Positions 9,095-17,492 are shown, numbered from the stretch's first letter. The stretch: DNA of 32,000 nucleotides from Pirellula staleyi DSM 6068 (GCA_000025185.1 CP001848.1:1710001-1742000), one strand, 5' to 3'. Numbers and translations are program-made. Notes: generated from the letters alone by a model not told the origin.

Positions 9095-10180
9095 TTATTC
9101 TGCCAGCCGGACGATGTAGTAGCTGTTCATGATGTCGTGCGGCAAACGCTTCACCTCCGGGAGCGAAAAACCAGCGTTTTTCAGCATTTTACAAGCTAAT
9201 TCCTCGCCCCACGCGGTGCCGAGTCCCATGCCACCACTGGCGAGCGACACCGTCATGCAGTGCATCGTCGAGATGGTATAGAGGAACGGCCCGAGCGGAT
9301 GGTCGATGTTCTTTTCGACGTAGCTGGAAGCGGTGATGTCTTGCATCAGGAACACACCACCATCGAGCAGAGCCCGCGCGATGTTGGCGAGCACCAGATC
9401 GGGACGCGCTTGATCGTGAATCGCATCGAAGGCGGTGATCAAGTCGTACTGCCGATGATCGTCGATCTTGGCAGCATCACGAACGGCGAAGCGAATGTTC
9501 GCGAGGTTTTTGGCGGCAGCTTCGCGAGTTGCAGCTTCGATCGCTTCTTCACTGAAATCGTAGCCGGTGAATTGGCTGTGCGGAAATCGCTCGGCCAGTG
9601 CAATCATCGCGCGACCACGTCCGCAACCGACGTCGAGCACTTCGATCCCTTCTTCCAGGCGCGCCTGGAGTCCGTCGACGAGCGGCAGGATATGCTCGAA
9701 TAAACCGCCGACCGTACTTTGGTTGCTCTCTTCCGCCATCACTTCATGGAATCGCTTGAAGCGGCAGTAGTGCACGCCACCCCCCTGCTGAAAACGCTCG
9801 ACCACTTCGTCCTCGACGCTGCCCAGCACACTAATCCACTGCATGGTGGCTGCCATGTTGCTGGGAGCACCAGCGCGGGTGAGAAGTGCTGCGCGATGCG
9901 CGGGGAGCCAGTACTGCTGCGTGGCAGCGTCGTAGTCGACCACTTTGCCGGTGACCATCGCGCCGAGCCATTCGCGAACATAGCGTTCTTGAAGTCCGGT
10001 TCGCGCTGCGATCTCGGTGCTGGTGGCAGGGTCCATCTGAGACATGGCGTCCCAAAGTCCTGTCCGGTGCCCAATCGAGAGCATCATCGAGAGTCCGCTG
10101 GCGTTGATAACTCCCAGCAGACGTTCGCCAAACTCTTCGGTCGTCTCTTGCGTGTGCGACAAACTTTCCATCGTGGCCAT
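9095..10180 (-). CDS. Class I SAM-dependent methyltransferase with N-terminal winged-helix-like domain
   Basis: 361 aa. Motif I is VLDVGCGRGRAMIAL, followed by AFDAIHDQ and GGVFLMQD. The N-terminal ~150 aa looks like the dimerisation/wHTH domain of Rv2258c-type methyltransferases (from memory). Confidence 0.75.
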   Translation of the reverse strand: MATMESLSHTQETTEEFGERLLGVINASGLSMMLSIGHRTGLWDAMSQMDPATSTEIAARTGLQERYVREWLGAMVTGKVVDYDAATQQYWLPAHRAALLTRAGAPSNMAATMQWISVLGSVEDEVVERFQQGGGVHYCRFKRFHEVMAEESNQSTVGGLFEHILPLVDGLQARLEEGIEVLDVGCGRGRAMIALAERFPHSQFTGYDFSEEAIEAATREAAAKNLANIRFAVRDAAKIDDHRQYDLITAFDAIHDQARPDLVLANIARALLDGGVFLMQDITASSYVEKNIDHPLGPFLYTISTMHCMTVSLASGGMGLGTAWGEELACKMLKNAGFSLPEVKRLPHDIMNSYYIVRLAE

Positions 10181-10583
10181 GGCCTAACTTCTCCAAAACG
10201 TGACTTGTGGTGATCGGAGATACCGCCAGATGTCAGCTGCACCCGTTGCAGTGCTTAGCGGCTGTCGATCACGCTCTCTTCGTTCGATTCTGTGCGAGGC
10301 GTGCTTCCGGGGGATTTGTTACAGCCCCGCGAGGAAAAAGGGGCTAGCACCCTTCGGTCCCGACAGATTTCTGAGGAAATTCGTTGCTGGGGGCGGGAAT
10401 CCTGTAACAAGTGGCGGTGGCTCGCAAGTAAGTAATGGGGCAGTGTGCGCCGTTCTTTCCAAGGCCGGCTGTTTCGGCCCCGAAGTTGCTCGGAAGTTCG
10501 TGGGTTGATTGGCAGTGGCGACAGACGAGCGATACACTAAAAAGGTTCGCTCGAAGGCTTTTCTTCGGCTTCGCTTCTCGTAG

Positions 10584-12851
10584 ATGCAGATTGAAGTTCG
10601 TTTCATGGCGGTGCCTGCTCATCAAGATTCCGAATTGCAGCACAGCTTCGGCCCGGGCGAAGTGACGTTCGACTATTTGCCGCTGGAGTCGACAACTGCG
10701 CCCAACTTGCCGGTGAACGTGCAGCCCGAGAATCGGCTGCCGGTTTTCGATTTGGCATCGACCGGTCCTTTGGAACTTCCGCCAGCCCTCACGACGAACG
10801 TGGCACCAGCGCCGGCACAACGTCAGGTCCCTCGATCGTCCGCGCAAGTCAAAGCACGTGGCGCGGGAGAGATTTGGCTCGAGGGGGATGTGATTCTGTG
10901 CGCCTGCCCCGATTGCCGGGCGCCGATGTCGATTCGTATCTGGCTGCTGATTGCCGACTGCTGGAAGTGCGGCACATCGATCGAACTCGACGAACAGCAA
11001 GAGCGCGAGGTGCAGCGACTGCTCGAGCAGCGGAAGCAAGAACCGGCAGCTCCGGTTGCTCAGGTTCCGGTTGCTCCAGCGCCGGTCGTGCCACCTGCCA
11101 AGGTTGAAAAGAAGAGTGTGGCGCCGATTCCTCCACCACCAGCGCCGGTGTCGCCACTGGCAGCGACGGCCGAGATGCCCGATGCAGGTGGAGTGGATGT
11201 GATGATGCAGATGGGTCCGCTGCTGCCAGCGCGACCACCACGTCCCACAACTTCGCCAGCGCGCCGCGAGGAAATGCGCGACGAAGCTGTACCTCGGCAG
11301 CGCTTCAAAGGAGCTGTGACAGCCGAAGCGCCTGCAGCCGCCGCCGTAGCGCCAGCCGAGCAAGCGCGCCCCAAACAAAAACGTCGCCGCGTGCTGCAGA
11401 AGCAAACGTCGATCATCAAGAGTCTGTTCAAAGATACGCCCGCCTGGCTCGTGAGCATGCTGATTCACATGGTGCTGCTGACGCTCCTGGGAATCTTCAG
11501 CCTGCCGATCGAGGATGAAGAAGGTCCGTGGATTTTGCTCAGCACGTCGGCGCGCATCGAACGAAAGCCGGGCGAGGATGTGGTGAAGATCGAGCCGCAG
11601 CAAGAGGAAGCCAAATTCGATCTGCCGATTCCAGTGACAGCCGACATCAACGATGCCCAGCAGCGTCAGGTGCTGATCGCTGCCAATCAAGACGCGCGTG
11701 ATCTGCGGCTCGATGAATCGCAAGCGCTGCCACTGGCGAATGTCGAGGATGTGAAGCGGCGCATCAACGAATCGTCGGGCAACTCGGGACTGGTCGCCGC
11801 GCGCGATCCTCGACTGCGTGTCGAAGTGGTGCAGCAGGAAGGTGGCACCACGCTTACCGAAGCGGCGGTCGCGCGTGGTTTGCGCTGGCTCGCCGAACAT
11901 CAAAACAGCGATGGAAGCTGGAGCCTTCGTGGCTTCAAGCATGCCGCCGATTGCAACTGCGATGGAGATGGCGGTTTTGGGGGTAAAGCGCCCGGCACGG
12001 CGCTCGCCATGTTGCCCTTTTTGGGAGCGGGCCAAACGCACCAGGTGGGCAAGTATAAGAACACCGTTTCCAAGGGACTTCGCTGGATGCTTACGCATCA
12101 GGGAGAGAATGGAGACCTGCGCGACGGAGCCAATGGAACCGAAGGGATGTACACCCACGGCCAAGGGACGATCGTCTTGTGCGAAGCTTTTGCGATGACC
12201 GGCGATGAACAGCTCCGCATCCCCGCGCAGCGTGCGGTCGACTTCATTTTGAAAGCCCAATACAACGACGGCGGCTGGCGCTACTCTCCCACCACGCGCA
12301 GCGAACGTGGCGACACGAGTGTCGTTGGTTGGCAGTTGATGGCGCTGCAAAGTGCACGGGCGGCGAATCTCACGGTTCCCGATCAATCGCTCGGCATGGC
12401 GTCGTTGTTCTTTGATGGTGTGCAGTCGCGCGATGGCGAGCGCTATGCTTACATGCGTGGCCAAACCGCCACGCCGGTCATGACAGCCGAAGCGCTGCTG
12501 TGCCGCATGTATTTGGGCTGGAATAAAGAGAATCCCGCGCTTGAAAACGGAGTGAAATGGCTCGTCGAGAATCATCCACCCAGCCGCAGTGAAGCCAACA
12601 TCTACTACTGGTATTACGCCACGCAAACCATGCATCACTATGGTGGCGAGGAGTGGGAACAGTGGAACTTGAAGATGCGCGATATCTTGGTGGAATCGCA
12701 AGAGAGTAGCGGTCACCGCGCAGGAAGTTGGAATCCGCGCGGCGATCATGCTTCTGCGGGAGGCCGCATTTATATGACGGCGCTCTCCGTTTGTAGTTTG
12801 GAAGTTTACTACCGCCATCTGCCCATCTTTCGGCAGATCAAACTCGACTAA
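10584..12851 (+). CDS. Zinc-ribbon / Pro-Ala-rich linker / TM / prenyltransferase-squalene-oxidase-repeat (alpha-alpha toroid) protein
   Basis: 755 aa. CPDC-x14-CWKC zinc ribbon at about nt 10899-10970, long P/A-rich segment, TM helix PAWLVSMLIHMVLLTLLGIF. Repeats QNSDGSW, QGENGDL, QYNDGGWRY and SGHRAGSW, with C-terminus LEVYYRHLPIF. Start may be ATG 10584 or ATG 10605. Antisense ORF 10344..12914 was rejected. Confidence 0.85.
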   Translation: MQIEVRFMAVPAHQDSELQHSFGPGEVTFDYLPLESTTAPNLPVNVQPENRLPVFDLASTGPLELPPALTTNVAPAPAQRQVPRSSAQVKARGAGEIWLEGDVILCACPDCRAPMSIRIWLLIADCWKCGTSIELDEQQEREVQRLLEQRKQEPAAPVAQVPVAPAPVVPPAKVEKKSVAPIPPPPAPVSPLAATAEMPDAGGVDVMMQMGPLLPARPPRPTTSPARREEMRDEAVPRQRFKGAVTAEAPAAAAVAPAEQARPKQKRRRVLQKQTSIIKSLFKDTPAWLVSMLIHMVLLTLLGIFSLPIEDEEGPWILLSTSARIERKPGEDVVKIEPQQEEAKFDLPIPVTADINDAQQRQVLIAANQDARDLRLDESQALPLANVEDVKRRINESSGNSGLVAARDPRLRVEVVQQEGGTTLTEAAVARGLRWLAEHQNSDGSWSLRGFKHAADCNCDGDGGFGGKAPGTALAMLPFLGAGQTHQVGKYKNTVSKGLRWMLTHQGENGDLRDGANGTEGMYTHGQGTIVLCEAFAMTGDEQLRIPAQRAVDFILKAQYNDGGWRYSPTTRSERGDTSVVGWQLMALQSARAANLTVPDQSLGMASLFFDGVQSRDGERYAYMRGQTATPVMTAEALLCRMYLGWNKENPALENGVKWLVENHPPSRSEANIYYWYYATQTMHHYGGEEWEQWNLKMRDILVESQESSGHRAGSWNPRGDHASAGGRIYMTALSVCSLEVYYRHLPIFRQIKLD

Positions 12852-12974
12852 TTTTCTCGCGCGCTGTTTCTCATTCTCGTGCGTTGCATCGCCGATGGAA
12901 GGAGCTAGTGCCATTGCTGCATGCAGGGCAGTGATGTGCAGCTACGATCACTTCTAGCCAGGCGCACCAACCCG

Positions 12975-13712
12975 ATGAGTTACTCGAACCAGTTTTACGA
13001 GGCTATTAACTCCGGCGCTAAGCAATCAGCACGCGCTCTACTGCCCCACTTGAGTCGAATTACCGCTATCCAAAGTGTGGCCGATTTTGGCTGCGGACAA
13101 GGGGCGTGGCTCGCCGTTTGGAAAGAGCTGGGGGTGACAGAAATTTGTGGCGTCGATGGCGATTATGTCGATCGGGCCGAGTTGCTCATTCCGAGCGCTG
13201 CGTTTCAATCGGCCGACGTGAGCAAGCGTGTCGATTTGAATCGTCGCTTCGATCTCGTGCAAAGCTTCGAGGTCGCCGAGCATCTGCCGCACTTCGCTGC
13301 GGCCCAGTTCGTCGAAAACCTCACTTCGCACAGCGACTTTGTTGCCTTTTCTGCAGCGGTCCCGGGCCAACTCGGGGTGCATCACGTCAACGAAAAGCCA
13401 TACCACTACTGGCAACATCATTTCGCCGATCAGGGCTACTTGATGCTCGACTGCGTCCGCCCGCACATTCACAACCAGTGCGATGTGGAGTGGTGGTATC
13501 GCTACAACACATTTCTGTTCGTGAAGCACTCGCGTATCGCCGCACTCCCCGCCGAAGTTCGCGCGACAAAAGTGCCGATCGGTGCACCGATACGAGACTA
13601 CGCCTCGTCAACCATTCGTCTTGGTCGCCAAGTAACACGCTGGTTCCCGCGCTGGCTCAGCACACGCATCGCCAACGCATCGTTTGTCAGCAAAGCCAAA
13701 CGCTCCGCCTAA
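12975..13712 (+). CDS. Class I SAM-dependent methyltransferase
   Basis: Motif I VADFGCGQGAW, acidic loop ICGVDGD, and FDLVQSFEVAEHL. I prefer ATG at 12975 (MSYSNQFYEAI) over the track start at 12921. Confidence 0.7.
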   Translation: MSYSNQFYEAINSGAKQSARALLPHLSRITAIQSVADFGCGQGAWLAVWKELGVTEICGVDGDYVDRAELLIPSAAFQSADVSKRVDLNRRFDLVQSFEVAEHLPHFAAAQFVENLTSHSDFVAFSAAVPGQLGVHHVNEKPYHYWQHHFADQGYLMLDCVRPHIHNQCDVEWWYRYNTFLFVKHSRIAALPAEVRATKVPIGAPIRDYASSTIRLGRQVTRWFPRWLSTRIANASFVSKAKRSA

Positions 13713-13900
13713 CGTCGATCAAGCTGGCTTCAGCCATCGAACACTCACCACTGCCGGTATCGCCGCGAACATTGCGGCTCTTCTTCCGGAATTGTCTTCG
13801 AGAGCTCGGACGCCTGAAATGACGGAATTACTTCGGCTGAAGCGGAATGCCTAGTCGTCCCTGCTGATCCACCTGATTTTCTACTCGCAGTCTTCCAGGT

Positions 13901-14566
13901 TTAAGTTGGCGAATCATTGTTATCGAGTGACTTCTCTTTCCAGCGAATAAAAATCACGATCGCCTCAGCCATCGCGTTCGAGAAGACACCAATCGCTGCA
14001 AGCAAAATGGCAATGAACGCGAAGGATATAGCCGCCACAATCGGTTCGGGCGACTGCATGGCTAGCAAAAATGCCAACAGGGCCAAAATCCCTAGGGCGA
14101 CACTCAGGATCAGCATCAGTATTCCGAGAATATGCAAGAGGGAGCCAGAGAGCTTCAGCCAGTACGTATCGCTGAAACTTTCCGAATACGGTGGTGACAT
14201 GCTCCCTAAATTAGCTGCGGGATCATGCATCGGCTGAGTAGGTTCAGAGTCGGCTCTTGCGGGGCGATAGGCGATCGGCTCGTAGCGCTGCCACCCCTCT
14301 TCTCTCGCGGCAGTTTCACGCGGCTGGGCATGCTCGCGCACCGAGCTGTCGCGGTAACTAACAGCAGCGGCGGAAATGATTGGGCCATCATCGAGCGCTT
14401 GCCAGCCGGGATCGCTCACCAGGTCTTCGTGAAACTCACCCGTCGCTACAAGAAACTCGCTCGTGATCGGGAAGACTTCGGCGCGCACGAGATCCCGAAT
14501 CTCGGGGCGCGTGAGTGGCCCCGTGATCGGCGCTGTGACATGTTTGCGTAGCCAATATTTTTGCAC
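13901..14566 (-). CDS. Hypothetical membrane protein, paralog A (GYF_2/DUF4339-like N-terminus plus C-terminal TM hairpin)
   Basis: N-terminus (V)QKYWLRKHVTAPITGPLTRPEIRDLV parallels paralog B. Two long hydrophobic helices near the C-terminus. Proposed GTG start at 14566 with GAGGA 8 nt upstream; the track TTG at 14593 directly abuts the upstream stop. Confidence 0.6.
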   Translation of the reverse strand: MQKYWLRKHVTAPITGPLTRPEIRDLVRAEVFPITSEFLVATGEFHEDLVSDPGWQALDDGPIISAAAVSYRDSSVREHAQPRETAAREEGWQRYEPIAYRPARADSEPTQPMHDPAANLGSMSPPYSESFSDTYWLKLSGSLLHILGILMLILSVALGILALLAFLLAMQSPEPIVAAISFAFIAILLAAIGVFSNAMAEAIVIFIRWKEKSLDNNDSPT

Positions 14567-14593
14567 GACAGATATCCTCGAGGACCAAATCAA

Positions 14594-15250
14594 TCAGGGC
14601 TGAGGGGGATCCACTGGGCGACCCTGCTGCTCCGCAAGATAAGCAATATCACTCGACGTCCGAACCACAAGCTCGATGAACTCAGCGAGGGCGAGACAGG
14701 TGACGCTGCCAATTAAAGTTTGTGCGAACATAAGAGCTCCCAACGTGAAAAGATTGGAGCTGGAGTTCGATACAGCCATCATCAAGACGATGATCGAAAG
14801 CGCTATCCCCATCGCAAGCAGAATTGCTAAAAGACGCAGCAAAACAGTTGCCAGTCCCATCCACCTGTAATGCCGAAGGACGTTTTGCCAGGAAAGGATT
14901 GGTAAGTAGCCACCAAAGTGCGTAGGCAAAAAACGCGAGCGGTTAGCGCTTGGTCTTCGCTCTCGATTTTGAAGGTTCAGAGACTCTTCATGCTCGGCGT
15001 CAAGCGGCTCCATTGCGTCCGCGCCACGGCGTTCGATATCGGCTTGTCGTTTGAGCAGCTCGAATGTCGCTGGATCACCGAGTGTTATCCAAACAGCATT
15101 ATCGGCGGGAAGTTCAGCTGCTGCATCGGTCGCAGGAGAGATTCGCGCCAATGGAGAATACTCCTGCAATTTTAGTCCGGCCAAAACTTGCCGAGCACTC
15201 ACGGGACCGAGCAGCTGATTGCTCGGATGCAGCCGCAGCCAGTAGTTCAT
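14594..15250 (-). CDS. Hypothetical membrane protein, paralog B (GYF_2/DUF4339-like N-terminus plus C-terminal TM hairpin)
   Basis: ATG at 15250 (MNYWLRLHPSNQLLGPVSARQVL) with GGGAGA 6 nt upstream. Charged middle region, then helices LATVLLRLLAILLAMGIALSIIVLMMAV and LFTLGALMFAQTLIGSVTCLALAEFI. Same architecture as paralog A. Confidence 0.6.
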   Translation of the reverse strand: MNYWLRLHPSNQLLGPVSARQVLAGLKLQEYSPLARISPATDAAAELPADNAVWITLGDPATFELLKRQADIERRGADAMEPLDAEHEESLNLQNRERRPSANRSRFLPTHFGGYLPILSWQNVLRHYRWMGLATVLLRLLAILLAMGIALSIIVLMMAVSNSSSNLFTLGALMFAQTLIGSVTCLALAEFIELVVRTSSDIAYLAEQQGRPVDPPQP

Positions 15251-15399
15251 TGCGCGTCTCCCACTCGCGGTGTGCGTAGCGACAGGGCTGCATTCAGGGA
15301 CGCAGCCTTCAGAGACCACGATGGTAGCTCGCTAGTGGAGCAAAAGCACTACTAGAGAGGGTGGGATTTGCAGCAAACGCTGGCAAGCGCACTGCCGTG

Positions 15400-15636
15400 C
15401 TAGGAATCGTCGCGCACGGTGGGATCGTGGGGATGGCAGTGGGCCGAGCAGTCGGAGAGCCACTGGTCCATCGCAGCGCGGAAAGCAGTGGGAACTTGAT
15501 GCAGTTCTGCTGCCTCGAAAGTGATCAGCGTCTTGGTGCCGAGCAGTTCGCCACGATACAAGCCAGCCTCGGCATCGTAGGTAAAACTGGCCGAATAGCC
15601 TTTGTAGCGGAGCACATTATCGAGCGGCTGATTCAT
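15400..15636 (-). CDS. HicB-like antitoxin N-terminal domain protein (short, no DNA-binding domain, no adjacent HicA)
   Basis: 78 aa. LRYKGYSASFTYDAEAGLYRGELLGTKTLITFEAAELHQVPTAFRAAMDQWLSDC matches my memory of the HicB_lk_antitox pattern (KYKGY..v.yd.ed..f.G.v.g..d.itFeg.....l...F...vDdYL..C). It ends 15 aa after that Cys, where full-length members continue into an RHH domain. Confidence 0.5.
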   Translation of the reverse strand: MNQPLDNVLRYKGYSASFTYDAEAGLYRGELLGTKTLITFEAAELHQVPTAFRAAMDQWLSDCSAHCHPHDPTVRDDS

Positions 15637-15738
15637 CGGCGAGAGCTCGCAAACGCTGGGACAAAAAGAAACGCGAGCCTGAAACAGTTCAGACTCGCGT
15701 TACTTAGTTTAGCGTGCTTGGAGAGGAGCTGAGGCCCT

Positions 15739-16601
15739 TAGAGCCAGTTATTGACTTTGTCTGTAGATTTTTGCGAGGAGTATGGTGAGGAAGGCGAGCC
15801 AGTGGAAGTTGGTGAGCGTGACGGTGAGTCTCTCATAATCACGCGCGAGACGGCGGAAGCGACTCAGCCAACCAAAGGTGCGCTCAACAACCCAGCGGCG
15901 TGGCAATAGGACAAAGCCTCGCTTGGTCTCGGTATGTTTTATAACTTGTAATCTTATCGAGGATGCTTCAGCCTGCTCGGCTGCTGCGGCGCCCGTATAG
16001 CCTTGATCGACGTACGCTATCTCCACGTTGCTGCCCGTCACCTCTTGCACTCTCTGCGAGAGGATGGCGACTTGGTCGCGGTCTTGCTCATTGGCTGCAG
16101 TGATGTAAACCGCCAGCAGATTTCCCAGTGTATCGACGGCAATATTGGCCTTCGAACCCTTCTTTTTCTTCGCGCCGTCGTATCCCGCGCGGCCTCCACT
16201 TTCAGGAGTCGATTGCAGCGTTCGAGCATCCATGATCACAGCGGTTGGCTGTTCGTCACGTCCTTCCAAAAGACGCACCATCAGCCTGAGGTCTTGCGCA
16301 ATTTCCTCAAAGACTCCCGCTTCGAACCAGCGTCGCATTTGTTGATAGACGGCCCGCCACGGAGGCATTTCATGCGGCAGGAAGTCCCACTGGATTCCTG
16401 TTTTCACCACGTAGCGCATGGCGTTAAACTGGTCGCGCAGTGAATAGGCGCGCTGCGGCACATCCTCGCGCATGAGGCTTAAGTAAGGGAGCAGGAATTC
16501 CCACTCCGCATCCGTTACGTCGCTGGGATACGACTTCCCTGTCGTGTGTTTCATCCCCTAACTACAGCAATTTCAAGCAGATAAGTCAATAACAGGCTCT
16601 A
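15739..16601 (-). mobile_element. IS5-family insertion sequence (about 0.86 kb, single transposase ORF, apparently intact)
   Basis: Terminal inverted repeats are TAGAGCCAGTTATTGACTT (15739-15757) and AAGTCAATAACAGGCTCTA (16583-16601), 18/19 complementary. The core ends GAG...CTC are flanked by TA on both sides. The transposase stop lies inside the left IR, and a TTGACT -35-like hexamer lies inside the right IR. Confidence 0.85.
15748..16554 (-). CDS. IS5-family DDE transposase (DUF4096 N-terminus + DDE_Tnp_1)
   Basis: 268 aa. YPSDVTDAEWEFLLPYL N-terminal domain; DDE region with VIMDARTL, AYVDQGYTG and RWVVERTFGWLSRFRRLARDYE. Confidence 0.9.
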   Translation of the reverse strand: MKHTTGKSYPSDVTDAEWEFLLPYLSLMREDVPQRAYSLRDQFNAMRYVVKTGIQWDFLPHEMPPWRAVYQQMRRWFEAGVFEEIAQDLRLMVRLLEGRDEQPTAVIMDARTLQSTPESGGRAGYDGAKKKKGSKANIAVDTLGNLLAVYITAANEQDRDQVAILSQRVQEVTGSNVEIAYVDQGYTGAAAAEQAEASSIRLQVIKHTETKRGFVLLPRRWVVERTFGWLSRFRRLARDYERLTVTLTNFHWLAFLTILLAKIYRQSQ

Positions 16602-17492
16602 GGGCTCGAGCTTCATGATTTCGACTTTGCGGAAATCGATCGGGTGGCTTTCGCTCTGGAGCGAAATCGTCCCTTCTTCGAGCAGCAGACCACCGTTCTT
16701 GGCGGCGAGCTCTTTGGCGTGGGGATCGCGGTCGTCGAGCTGCGGCTTATCGTAGCTCAGAACTTCCTCGCCATCGATCAAGTGACGAATCACCTTGCTG
16801 CCGCGCACTTCCATTTCCACCGTCACCCAGCCGTCGCCATGGTAGGTCTTGGACTTCGAGTTGGTGCAGTGCTGCGTGATCAGTTTGTCGTTCATCACCA
16901 CGTTGGTGCCAGGGGTGCAGAGATTGGCGGTGGTGCGATCGGCTTTGCCGTTTCCACCCAGGAATTGCACTTCGATCGAAGCGGGGAAATCTTGGTCTTT
17001 GCTCATGGTCGAAGGTTCTTCGCCATGCAGCATCGCGCCACTGTTGCGAGTGGCCCAGCCGGGACCACCAGGGCATTGATCGCCGACAAAGCGATACTCG
17101 ATCCGAAGTTTGTAGTGCGAGAGCTTGTCTTTATAGAACAAGTGGCCGAACGTTTCGTTGAACTTGTCGTAGCCGTCGTAGCGGACCTTCAGCAAACCAT
17201 CTTCGACGCGAAACGTGTTGGCGAAATTATCGCCCGCTTCGTGATAGCGAATTTTGGGAGTCCAGCCGGTCAGGTCTTTGCCGTTGAATAGCTGAATCCA
17301 CTCACCCTCGGACTTTGCTTCGGGCTTAGTTTCGGCTGCAGCGGGCGCTTGCTTCTTGGCTTCGAGCGAACCGGTCGAAACGAGGAGCGTGCCGAGGATC
17401 ACCGCGACAACGATCATCAGTGGGCCGAGAATCGCGCCACGGAGTGGCTGCTTTTCGGTGTCCCAATCGATCAATTTTCTGGTGCTGGGCAT
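16599..17492 (-). CDS. DUF1080 (3-keto-disaccharide hydrolase-like) domain protein with N-terminal membrane anchor
   Basis: 297 aa. TM segment ILGPLMIVVAVILGTLLV, then WIQLFNGKDLTGWTP, NSGAMLHG, IEVQFLGG and ISLQSESHPIDFRKVEI, typical of DUF1080. The stop codon (16599-16601) lies in the IS terminal repeat / TA junction. Confidence 0.85.
   Translation of the reverse strand: MPSTRKLIDWDTEKQPLRGAILGPLMIVVAVILGTLLVSTGSLEAKKQAPAAAETKPEAKSEGEWIQLFNGKDLTGWTPKIRYHEAGDNFANTFRVEDGLLKVRYDGYDKFNETFGHLFYKDKLSHYKLRIEYRFVGDQCPGGPGWATRNSGAMLHGEEPSTMSKDQDFPASIEVQFLGGNGKADRTTANLCTPGTNVVMNDKLITQHCTNSKSKTYHGDGWVTVEMEVRGSKVIRHLIDGEEVLSYDKPQLDDRDPHAKELAAKNGGLLLEEGTISLQSESHPIDFRKVEIMKLEP

Noticed and set aside
10329-10346. 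RNase P RNA CR-I-like string GAGGAAAAAGGGGCT (compare GAGGAAAGUCCGGGCU) in a 403-nt ORF-free region.
   Set aside because: It differs in the critical GUCC core. None of the other conserved RNase P blocks (GGGUGAAA, GGUAAGAGCGCACC, ACAGAAxCCGGCUUA) occur nearby on either strand.
15320-15400. Possible frameshifted remnant of the HicB ribbon-helix-helix domain downstream of the hicB-like stop. One frame reads STAVRLPAFAANPTLSS, vaguely like the RLP strand of RHH antitoxins.
   Set aside because: The similarity rests on three residues. It is far too weak to call a pseudogene extension without a profile search.
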